Below are positions 16,108 through 24,826 of a DNA stretch of 40,228 bases, in pieces. Position numbers and translations under genes: made by a program. The notes beneath the pieces were generated by a model. The model had not been told where the DNA came from and searched no databases. It saw only the letters and a program-made list of their open reading frames with translations. Origin of the DNA: an uncultured Subdoligranulum sp. (GTDB lineage Bacteria > Bacillota > Clostridia > Christensenellales > CAG-314); contig URVX01000001.1 in NCBI GenBank assembly GCA_900551395.1, forward strand, positions 1 through 40,228, given 5' to 3'. Within the stretch, counting starts at the first letter, position 1. Each line of letters begins with the position of its first letter.

Positions 16108-18904
16108 ATGACCGATACGGAGAGGAAAAAGGCGGCGAAAGAGTTTGCCGAATATTGGCAGAATAAAGGCTATGAAAAGGGCGAAAGCCAGACCTTTTGG
16201 TTGACGCTTTTGAGGGATATTTTGGGCATATCCAAGCCCGAACAGTTTATTACGTTTGAAGAAAAAGTCAAGCTCGACAACACAAGTTTTATCGACGGGC
16301 TTATCCCCTCCACGCACGTTTTAATCGAACAAAAGAGCGCGGACAAGGACTTGCGCAAACCCATAAGGCAGTCCGACGGCACTCTGTTAAACCCCTTTCA
16401 ACAGGCAAAACGCTACTCCGCCGAGCTGCCCTACTCCGAACGCCCTCGATATATAATAACCTGCAACTTCCGCGAATTTCTCATTTACGATATGGAGAAG
16501 CCCACGGGCGAACCCGACAGCATACTTTTAAAAGACTTGCCCAAGGAATACTACCGCTTGCTATTTCTTGTTGAAACCAAGAGTGAACTGTTGCACCGTG
16601 AGGAGCGCATTTCCATTCAGGCGGGCGAGCTGGTAGGCGTATTATACGACGAATTATTAAAGCAGTACAAAGACCCCGCCGACGAACACGCCTTAAAAAG
16701 CCTTAATATGCTCTGCGTAAGGCTTGTTTTCTGCCTTTATGCGGAAGACAGCGGTCTGTTCGGCGAACACCTTAAATTCCACAACTATATCAAAAAGGTT
16801 GCCGACAAGGATAAAAAAGACGTTCGCCGCACGCTAATAGAGCTTTTCAAAGTCCTCGATATGACGCCACAAAAGCGTGAAGAATACGACCCGTTTATGG
16901 ACGAAGAGCTTGCCTCGTTCCCCTACGTCAACGGCGGATTATTCGCCGACGAAAACATACTTATTCCACCCTTTAACGAAAGGATAGTCAGTCTTTTATT
17001 GAAAAACGCAAGCGAAGATTTTGATTGGAGCGAAATCTCCCCCACCATTTTCGGCGCGGTGTTTGAAAGCACGCTAAACCCCGAAACACGCCGTTCAGGC
17101 GGTATGCACTACACCTCGATTGAAAATATCCATAAGGTAATCGACCCCTTGTTTTTAGACGATTTAAACGCAGAGCTTGAACAAATCAAGGAAATCAAGG
17201 TGGAAAAAACCCGCAACGCACAGTTGGAAAACTTCCGTCAAAAGCTTGCCTCGCTCACCTTTTTAGACCCCGCCTGCGGTTCGGGCAATTTCCTTACGGA
17301 AACCTATATCTCCCTGCGCAAACTTGAAAATAAGGCGTTGGAACTGCAATATCACGGGCAGATACAGTTTGAAACGGGCAGTATTATTAAGGTTTCAATC
17401 GGTCAATTTTACGGGATAGAGATAAACGACTTTGCGGTAACGGTTGCAAAAACCGCGCTTTGGATAGCCGAAAGCCAAATGCTGAAAGCAACCGAAGAAA
17501 TCGTCAATATGCGCCTTGACTTTTTGCCCTTGAAATCGTATGCGAATATTGTGGAAGGCAACGCCCTGCGCCTCGATTGGGAGAGCGTAGTACCCAAAGA
17601 TAAACTAAACTACATAATGGGCAATCCGCCGTTTGTGGGTTATTCTTTGCAATCACCCAAACAAAAAGCAGATATACTTTCTATATATGTGGACGAAAAA
17701 GGCAAGCCATATAATACGGCAGGAAAAGTTGACTACGTTGCAGGTTGGTATTTCAAAGCGGCGAAACTGATTGCAAATACAAATATCAAAGTGGCGTTTG
17801 TATCGACGAACTCTATCACGCAAGGCGAACAGGTAGCCGCAGTATGGAAACCGCTTTACGATAGGTTTAATATCCATATTGATTTTGCACATAGAACATT
17901 TAGGTGGGATAGCGAGGCAAGTTTAAAAGCCCACGTTCATTGCGTTATTGTTGGGTTTAGTGTTGCACCGAATAATAAGCCTAAAATTATATATTCTTCC
18001 GATCGCCCGTTAATTGCGGAGAATATAAACGCTTATTTACTTAACGCACCAAACATTTTTATCGAAAGCAGAAAAAAGCCTGTCGCCGCTGTTCCTGAAA
18101 TATTAAAAGGCAGTAGCCCCGTAGATGACGGTAACTTTTTCTTCACTGACGAAGAATATAATGAATTTATAAAAGCGGAGCCACAGTCAAAAAAATACAT
18201 AAAAAGGTTTTTTGGTGCAAGAGAATATTTACACAATATTCGCCGTTGGTGCTTATGGTTGGTTGGAGTTTCTCCTGCTGAACTTAAAACAATGCCTTTG
18301 GTAATGCAACGATTGACTTCTGTTAAAAATTTTAGACTTTCTAGTACAAAATCGGCAACACAAAAATTTGCAGATTATCCTTATCGATTTATGGAATTAC
18401 GGCAACCAACAACAGATTATATTTTAATCCCTAGACACACTTCTGAAAATCGAAAATATATTCCGTTTGGTTATGAGTGCTGAAATTATATGTGGTGATG
18501 CAAACAATATGTTACCACAGGCAACGCTATTTCATTTCGGTGTTTTAACTTCAAACGTTCATATGGCGTGGGTTAGAGCCGTTTGCGGTAGATTAGAAAT
18601 GCGATATAGATATTCAAACGATATTGTCTACAATAACTTCCCGTGGTGCAATCCTACCGAAAAGCAAAAGGCGAAAATCGAACAGACGGCGCAAGCAATT
18701 TTGGACGCCCGTGCACTCTATCCCGATTGCTCGCTTGCCGATTTGTACGACGAGGTTACAATGCCGCCCGAACTCAGAAGAGCTCACCAAGCAAACGACA
18801 AGGCAGTTATGCAGGCATATGGGTTTGATGTCAAGACAATGACCGAAAGCGCTTGCGTCGCCGAACTTATGAAAATGTATCAGGAATTGGTGGAGGGGAA
18901 ATGA
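16108..18904 (+). pseudogene. MmeI-family type IIL restriction-modification enzyme (fused endonuclease / N6-adenine methyltransferase), reading frame interrupted near 18472-18476
   Basis: ORFs 16108..18483 and 18467..18904 are consecutive parts of one protein.
- N-terminal PD-(D/E)XK-like motif: FIDGLIPSTHVLIEQKS (D-X10-EQK).
- SAM motif I: FLDPACGSGNFL.
- Catalytic motif IV: IMGNPPFVG.
- C-terminal block: FHFGVLTSNVHMAWVRAVCGRLEMRYRYSNDIVYNNFPW.
The first frame reads YIPFGYEC then a stop. The second frame (open from 18428) continues SAEIICGDANN. This fits a +1/-2 indel. Confidence 0.8.
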
Positions 18905-18905
18905 A

Positions 18906-20065
18906 ATGACGGATTATGATTTATTGATTGTAGGAAATGGTTTTGATATTGCTTGCGGTTATAAAACTTCGTACCAAAATTTATACGAACTAATGAAAGC
19001 TGCAAGTGAAAAAGATGAACAAGAATTTTACGCATATTTTGAAAGAGAAAACCCTAATATTGAATTAGAAACGGCAAAATCAAGAGGGTTGTCTATTTTC
19101 TATAACGAAATTAGCAGAACGCTGAAATCAAATATTTTTATAAATTACTTTTTAGCCTATAATACTGTTTTTGAAAGTTGGGTAGCTTTTGAAACCGAAT
19201 TAACAAACATTATCAATGCTTTTGATAATTTTTTTGAAGCGCTTAAAAAATATATGCCAAGAAACTCGGTTTATGATTTTGTATATACCGTTATTCCTAA
19301 TTCTATCGATGAAATTGTTTTTTCTTTAATTAAGGAATGTTCATATTTTAGTCAAGAATATTGCACAGAACTCATTCACACACATTTCGCTTTTATATTA
19401 AGGATTTGCATAATATTCAAGGTTTATTATGGACAAATAAAGTAAATGAATATATAAATAACTTTTGTGATTATATCTATACAGAACTAAACAAGTCTTC
19501 AAATCTCTTTTCTACATATTTAAATATTTTTACTGCACTTAAACCATCTAAAACAGCTAGTAAATTTGGTTTTAAAATAGATTACGCTATTTGTTTCAAT
19601 TATACAAAAACGTGTGAGTTAGTGTATAAATCATCATTAGCATCCATATGTTACCTTAACGGTAAAATAAACTACCAAAATAGAGTAAATGAGTTACTAT
19701 CAAGCAACATTATTTTTGGTACAAATGAAGCGAGTTTTAAAAATATAGGATTGGACAAATTAACAAAAAGCAGCCAAAGACTTCTTAAAGAAACAGATTT
19801 CAATAACTTAAATGAAATGCTTGAAGGAGCTAAAGAATCTTGGAACGAAAATGTGTCGATTTGTATATACGGACATTCATTAAGCATAGCTGATAAAGAT
19901 ACATTAAAAATGATATTTAAATGCTTTAAAAAGCTGAATATTTATATTTATTATTTAAACGATAAAGCTAAAGAAGAACTGATAGCTAACTTAAAAGTAA
20001 TTTTAACCCCTAAAAAGGTAAGTGAATTAAATTCAAGCAACTGCTTGAAATTTATAAAATGTTAA
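18906..20065 (+). pseudogene. AbiH-like abortive-infection protein, reading frame interrupted between 19352 and 19445
   Basis: N-terminus MTDYDLLIVGNGFDIACGYKTSYQNLYELM matches the AbiH-family signature (hydrophobic-IGNGFD-x3-G-x-x-T-x-Y). ORFs 18906..19445 and 19361..20065 overlap in different frames and together give ~386 aa, a typical AbiH size. The ATG lies 1 nt after the stop of the RM gene. The DNA is very A+T-rich. Confidence 0.7.
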
Positions 20066-20087
20066 ATAACCAAATCTAAAATGGCAC

Positions 20088-20147
20088 TGTGGCGGGTGCT
20101 TGAATAAACGAGCGCGCGGCTGCGCCGCGCTTTCAAGTACCCGCCAC
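20088..20147 (+). other. 60-nt compound stem-loop at the right islet boundary
   Basis: Outer 16-bp stem GTGGCGGGTGCTTGAA / TTCAAGTACCCGCCAC, with one G-T pair on the + strand. Inner 7-bp GC stem GCGCGGC-TGC-GCCGCGC. It directly abuts the repeat copy that starts at 20148. Confidence 0.6.
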
Positions 20148-20538
20148 AAAAGAAAACACGAGCAGGCGTAAGCGGTGTCGTGTTTTTTCGTTTCCGGCGC
20201 GCCTTAAGGAGCTCGCAAGGAGCGGCAGCTTCTGTCGCGACGGATCAGCGAATTCCGCGTTTAACTATCGTTTTCTTGCGGAATGAGCGTCATGTATTTC
20301 GTCCTCCGCAAGGTGCGCTTAAAAAGAAAACACGAGCAGGCGCAAGCGGTGTCGTGTTTTCGTATCTGGCGCGCCTTAAGGAGCTCGCAAGGAGCGGCAG
20401 CTTCTGTCGCGACGGATCAGCGAATTCCGCGTTTAACTATCGTTTTCTTGCGGAATGAGCGTCATGTATTTCGTCCTCCGCAAGGTGCGCTTAAAAAGAA
20501 AACACGAGCAGGCGCAAGCGGTGTCGTGTTTTCGTATC
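20148..20538 (-). repeat. tandem array next to tRNA-Arg: two apparently identical 172-bp units (20195-20366, 20367-20538) plus a diverged terminator copy (20148-20194); each unit ends with a copy of the tRNA 3' end
   Basis: GAGCTCGCAAGG starts at 20209 and 20381, and the homologous tRNA segment GAGCTCGA at 20553, giving a period of 172. Copies of the tRNA 3' segment (TGGCGCGCCTTAAGGAGCTCG on +) lie at 20195-20215 (first base C) and 20367-20387, and in the tRNA itself at 20539-20559. Confidence 0.85.
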
Positions 20539-20615
20539 TGGCGCGCCTTAAGGAGCTCGAATCCCTAACCTTTGGTTCCGTAGACCAACGCTCTATCCAA
20601 TTGAGCTAAAGGCGC
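20539..20615 (-). tRNA. tRNA-Arg (anticodon ACG), CCA encoded
   Basis: Minus strand: GCGCCTT TA GCTC AATTGGATA GAGC G TTGGT CTACGGA ACCAA AGGTT AGGGA TTCGAGC TCCTT AAGGCGC G CCA. This gives a 7-bp acceptor stem, 4-bp D stem, 5-bp anticodon stem with loop CT-ACG-GA, and a T arm with a TTCGAGC loop. Length 77 nt. Confidence 0.9.
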
Positions 20616-20633
20616 ATTAAATTTTGCTTATAT

Positions 20634-20662
20634 ATTATAAGCCTCGTGAAACCAAAAGTCAA
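20634..20662 (-). promoter_or_regulatory. consensus sigma-A promoter of tRNA-Arg
   Basis: Minus strand reads TTGACT (20662-20657), 17 nt, TATAAT (20639-20634), 18 nt upstream of the tRNA 5' end. Confidence 0.65.
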
Positions 20663-20721
20663 TCGTTTTCCCACCCTTTGCCGCAACAAAAAAGTTAAAT
20701 TTCACTCGAAAAGCAACGCAA

Positions 20722-20746
20722 AAACCGTCGGGAGCTCCCGACGGTT
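20722..20746 (-). terminator. intrinsic terminator after mscL
   Basis: Palindrome AAACCGTCGGGAGCTCCCGACGGTTT, followed on the minus strand by TTTGCG. It lies 20 nt downstream of the mscL stop. Confidence 0.7.
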
Positions 20747-20765
20747 TATTCGATAAGTAAAATTT

Positions 20766-21395
20766 TCAGCGCTTTGCCGCCAGCTCCTTGAGAGAGTCGC
20801 GGATTTCTTCCAGCAAACGGGTGTTGGCAGACGCTTTGGCTTCGGCTTCCACCTTTTCCTCATCCTCTTTTTGTTTTGCAAGCCGCTCCTCTTCCTCTTT
20901 TGCCGCCTGCGCTTTGGCAACGTCTTCCGCATATCTTGCCTTTGCCTGCGCCTTCGTCATACCCTCGCGACGATATTTGGATATCGCTTTCTTTTCGGAC
21001 AGCTCCATACCCTCGACAAATTTTTCACGCGCCTGCGCAAAGGAATTTATCGCCTTGACAATACAGAACAAAACAAACGCGATAATCAGGAAATTGATAA
21101 TGGCGTTTATAAACGCGCCCCAATCTATGTAAATAGAATTCGCAAGGTCGATTTGGCCGTCTACATAAGCCGGCTTCAAAAAGGTATAGACCTCTGACAG
21201 CGAATTTTTGCCCAAAATCAAAGCAAGCAGCCAATTTATCAGAGGCTTTAAAATATGGTCGCTCAGCGCGGTTATGATTGCTGTAAACGCGCCGCCGACA
21301 ATAACGCCGACAGCCATATCCATGACGTTGCCGCGCGTGATAAACTGCTTGAATTCGCCGAAAAAGCCCTTAAGTCCGTTTTTCTTCTTTTCCAT
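20766..21395 (-). CDS. mscL: large-conductance mechanosensitive channel MscL with extended charged C-terminal tail
   Basis: N-terminus GFFGEFKQFITRGNVMDMAVGVIVGGAFTAIITALSDHILKPLI is the conserved MscL TM1 region. At 209 aa it is longer than my recollection of typical MscL (~130-150 aa). Confidence 0.85.
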   Translation of the reverse strand: MEKKKNGLKGFFGEFKQFITRGNVMDMAVGVIVGGAFTAIITALSDHILKPLINWLLALILGKNSLSEVYTFLKPAYVDGQIDLANSIYIDWGAFINAIINFLIIAFVLFCIVKAINSFAQAREKFVEGMELSEKKAISKYRREGMTKAQAKARYAEDVAKAQAAKEEEERLAKQKEDEEKVEAEAKASANTRLLEEIRDSLKELAAKR

Positions 21396-21486
21396 TTCGT
21401 TACCTCTTTGGATTTTCCATTAAATTATAAGTCAACCCGCAAAATGTGTCAAGCGTAAAGCCCTCAAACCGTCATAAACAAACAAA

Positions 21487-21508
21487 AGAGCGGTTTGAAA
21501 ACCGCTCT
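21487..21508 (-). terminator. intrinsic terminator after ftsH
   Basis: Stem AGAGCGGTT / AACCGCTCT, followed on the minus strand by TTTTGTTTG. Confidence 0.65.
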
Positions 21509-21529
21509 CAGCTTAAAATTCGCAATCTA

Positions 21530-23475
21530 TCAATGCGGCAACACGCCGTCGTTGCCTTCGGACGCCGACGGTCTTTTGTCCTGCGTCGAATATTTGACGT
21601 CGATAAAGTCAATTACCTCCGCGGCGCTCTTGCCTTCCATAAGCATATTGACCTCATCGGTGTGAATGGTTTCTTTTGTTATCAGCACCTTTGCCATGTT
21701 GTGCAAAATATCCAGCTTGCCCTTGAGAATTTCCGTGCCGCGCGCATGACACTCGTCTACGATGCGCCTGATTTCCTCGTCGATAAGAGCCGCCGTCTCG
21801 TCGGAATAGCCCTGCGTTGTGTGATAATCTCTGCCGACAAAAACCTCCTGATCTCCGCCGTAATACAGCAAGCCGACCTTTTCGCTCATGCCCCACTCGG
21901 TGACATTTTGCGGCAGCGTTCAGTCAACGCCTTTATATCGCCGCTGGCGCCGGTGCAATAGTCCTCAATAACAAGTTCTTCGGCAATTCTGCCGCCAAGC
22001 GTCATGGTTATGTTGTCAAGCAGGTAAGCCTTCGAGACATGCTCGTTGTCGTTTTCGGGACGCGTCATCGTGAAGCCTGCCGCCATCCCGCGCGGTATAA
22101 TTGTGACCTCGTGCACGGGCTCGCAGTTCTTGAGACTGCACGCAAGTATTGCGTGTCCCGCCTCGTGATAAGCGGTTATCCGTTTGTCATGCTCGGTAAC
22201 AAGACGCGACTTTTTGGCGGGACCCATTTCCATTTTGGTTATTCCCTCGTTGACGTCCGCCATAGTTATCTGACGCCTGTTGTCGCGCGCGGCAAGTATT
22301 GCGGCTTCGTTGAGGCAGTTTTCCAAATCCGCGCCGGTAAACCCGGACGTAATTCTGGCTATCGTTTTGAAGTCTACGGTTGCGTCTATGGGCTTGTTGC
22401 GCGCGTGCACCTTCAGAATAGCCTCTCTGCCTCTGACGTCGGGACGATTCACGAAAATCTGCCTGTCAAAGCGTCCCGGACGCATAAGCGCGGGGTCAAG
22501 CACGTCGGGGCGGTTTGTCGCCGCCATAACGATAATCCCGCTGTTGGTGTCAAAACCGTCCATTTCCACAAGCAGTTGGTTCAAGGTCTGCTCTCTTTCG
22601 TCGTTTCCGCCGCCGAGTCCCGCGCCGCGATGTCTTCCGACAGCGTCTATTTCGTCGATAAACACTATGCACGGCATGTTTTTCTTTGCCTGCTCGAAAA
22701 GGGAACGCACCCTGCTTGCTCCGACACCGACGAACATTTCCACAAAATCACTGCCCGAAATGGAGAAAAACGGAACGCCCGCTTCTCCCGCCACCGCTTT
22801 GGCAAACAAGGTTTTGCCTGTTCCCGGAGGGCCGACAAGCAGCACGCCGGCGGGAATTCTCGCACCCAGTTCGGTATATTTGCGGGGGTTTTTCAAAAAG
22901 TCGATGATTTCTACAAGCTCTTCCTTTTCCTCCTCGGCGCCGGCAATGTCTGAAAAACGCGTCTTGACGCTTTGCTGGACGCGCGCCGTGTTTTTGCCGA
23001 AGCTCATCCCCTGATTGTTCTGACTGCGGAAAATGTTTATCATAAACACAAACATAACGACAATCAAGATAATAGAGAAAAGCGTAGGCAAATAATCCCA
23101 AAAGCTCGCCTGCACCGGATTGTTGAACCCGATTTGAACGGCAGACGCCCCCGCAGGCAGACTGTCGTTGCTCTCCGTTATCAATTCGTAAATAACGGGG
23201 TGCATGTTGGGTCCGATGTAAAAGAAATAATCGTAATACTTTTCCGCGTTGTTACGCGAGGCTGCTTCGGTGTTTCTCTTGACTACGTTTACCGAATAAC
23301 CCGTGTTGAAGTAGACCGCCTGAATATTGCCGGCGTCCAGATCCTCCTTGAACTGAGCGTAAGTGGATTGCTTGCTGTTGCCTACAAACTGCAGTATGAA
23401 AACCACTGCGAGCACAACCACCAGCAAAATAATCAATATCATCCACCAGCTAGTTTTTCTGTTGTTCTGATTCAA
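21530..23475 (-). CDS. ftsH: ATP-dependent zinc metalloprotease FtsH; frame broken by an apparent 1-nt deletion at ~21904 as assembled
   Basis: ORF 21886..23475 carries the TM anchor, Walker A GPPGTGKT, the SRH region and the zinc motif HEAGHAI. ORF 21530..21889 is the C-terminal continuation ([12 protein letters not shown]...). On the minus strand, AAA ATG TCA CCG AGT GGG GCA TGA becomes AAA ATG GTC ACC GAG TGG GGC ATG AGC if one G is added, giving [17 protein letters not shown] start at 23475 follows AAGGAG. Confidence 0.85.
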
Positions 23476-23710
23476 TTTAACGCTCCTTTTTGAGACAGAA
23501 AAATTCTATGCTTTTAGTATGCGGATTTTTCCGTATATTTAGGCAAATATATCACAATTTCCAATGCTTGTCAATTTTATTTTCAAAGGGCTAAATAAAT
23601 ACACAATAGTTTCACCCGTACCCGCTTTTGTCGTCGACAACGCCATTGAAAAGCTCTCACACTTAAGCCACACAAATCAGCGACGGGCTTGGATACGCTT
23701 TTTTCGACGG

Positions 23711-24826
23711 TCAAAGCACGGGCAAAATCAAAAGCGCGACAGCAAGCAGCACGGCAAGAAAAGAAAAGTTTATCGTTAAAAACACTCCGAGATAACGCGC
23801 AACGCCGCCCCCGCCGACCGCGCGGAACTCCCCCAGAGTAATCAGACTCGCAAGAGACGCGACAGGCGTTCCCAAGCCGCCGATATTTACGGCAATCAGC
23901 AAAGCGTTTTTACAGGACGTAAAGCGGGAAAGGAGCATTGCAGTCGGCACGTTGCTCATAACCTGACAGGAAGCAACGCCCACCAACAGCGGCGAAAACG
24001 CCACAACCGCGCTCAAAGTCTCCTTAACCGCGTCAATTCGCGCCAGATTGCCAGCAAATACGAAAAACGCCGCAAAGGTCAAAAGCAGCTTGTAGTCCAC
24101 CTTGAGCAGGCACGCAGGATCAAGCAGCAAAAGAGCTGCTACGACGGCGGCAAGCCCCCACCAGTAAGGAAAAACACGAAACACCATGAGCACCGACACG
24201 GCAAACAATGCGGAATATGCAACCGTTCTGAACAACGGCGGGCGCGGAACTCTAACCGAAACCGCTTCGATTTCAATCGGCTTGACAAAAAGGCAGGACA
24301 GAAATATCAAAACGAAAGCAACGGCAAACGGCGCCGCCATCACCTTGAAAAACTCCGGCGCGGAAAAAGAGTAATAAGAGTAAAGATAAATATTTTGCGG
24401 ATTTCCAAACGGAGTCAGCATACCGCCGAGATTGGCGGCAACATTTTGCATAACAAAAACAAACGCAAGATACCTTCTTTGGGCGCAGGATTCGAGTACC
24501 AGATAACCAAGCGGCAAAAAGGTAATCAGCGCCATGTCGTTTGCCATAATCATTGAACCGAAATACGTCACGAAAACAAGCGCCGCCACTGCGCCGCGCA
24601 CTGTTTTGAAACGTCGCACGATCACATCCGCAAGCCATCTGAAAAAGCGGATATTTTTGAACGCGCATACCACCGCCAACGTACAAAACAGGCAGGAAAG
24701 CGTGCGGAAATCGAAGTAATTTATATATTGCGAGTCAATCGGCACAAAAAAACATGTCAAAACGGCGGCAAGCAGCGCGACAATCGGCATTGCGAAAGCC
24801 GACAACGTCTTTTTAAATGAACTCAT
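23711..24826 (-). CDS. ArsB/NhaD-superfamily anion permease (CitMHS/YbiR-like)
   Basis: 371-aa polytopic membrane protein with the TPFGNPQN motif typical of this permease superfamily. Confidence 0.65.
   Translation of the reverse strand: MSSFKKTLSAFAMPIVALLAAVLTCFFVPIDSQYINYFDFRTLSCLFCTLAVVCAFKNIRFFRWLADVIVRRFKTVRGAVAALVFVTYFGSMIMANDMALITFLPLGYLVLESCAQRRYLAFVFVMQNVAANLGGMLTPFGNPQNIYLYSYYSFSAPEFFKVMAAPFAVAFVLIFLSCLFVKPIEIEAVSVRVPRPPLFRTVAYSALFAVSVLMVFRVFPYWWGLAAVVAALLLLDPACLLKVDYKLLLTFAAFFVFAGNLARIDAVKETLSAVVAFSPLLVGVASCQVMSNVPTAMLLSRFTSCKNALLIAVNIGGLGTPVASLASLITLGEFRAVGGGGVARYLGVFLTINFSFLAVLLAVALLILPVL

Noticed and set aside
20195-20538. The 172-bp units as additional complete tRNA genes or as an intron-containing tRNA
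   Set aside because: Only the acceptor-stem strands, discriminator and CCA are recognisable. No D arm, anticodon arm or 5' strand of the T stem can be drawn.
20180-20609. ORFs 20180..20458 and 20283..20609, with repeated peptide sequence
   Set aside because: They run across the 172-bp tandem repeats and into the tRNA-Arg gene. The repeated peptide simply reflects the DNA repeat, and there is no RBS.
18465-21910. Programmed ribosomal frameshifting as the explanation for the three split genes
   Set aside because: I saw no canonical slippery heptamer with a downstream structure at the break sites. Homologous proteins in these families are normally encoded in one frame. An indel, whether a real mutation or an assembly error, is the simpler explanation.
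22039-23014. 304-aa and 244-aa + strand ORFs (22039..22953 and 22280..23014)
   Set aside because: Both are antisense shadows of ftsH. The minus-strand product has Walker A/B, SRH and HEAGH motifs.
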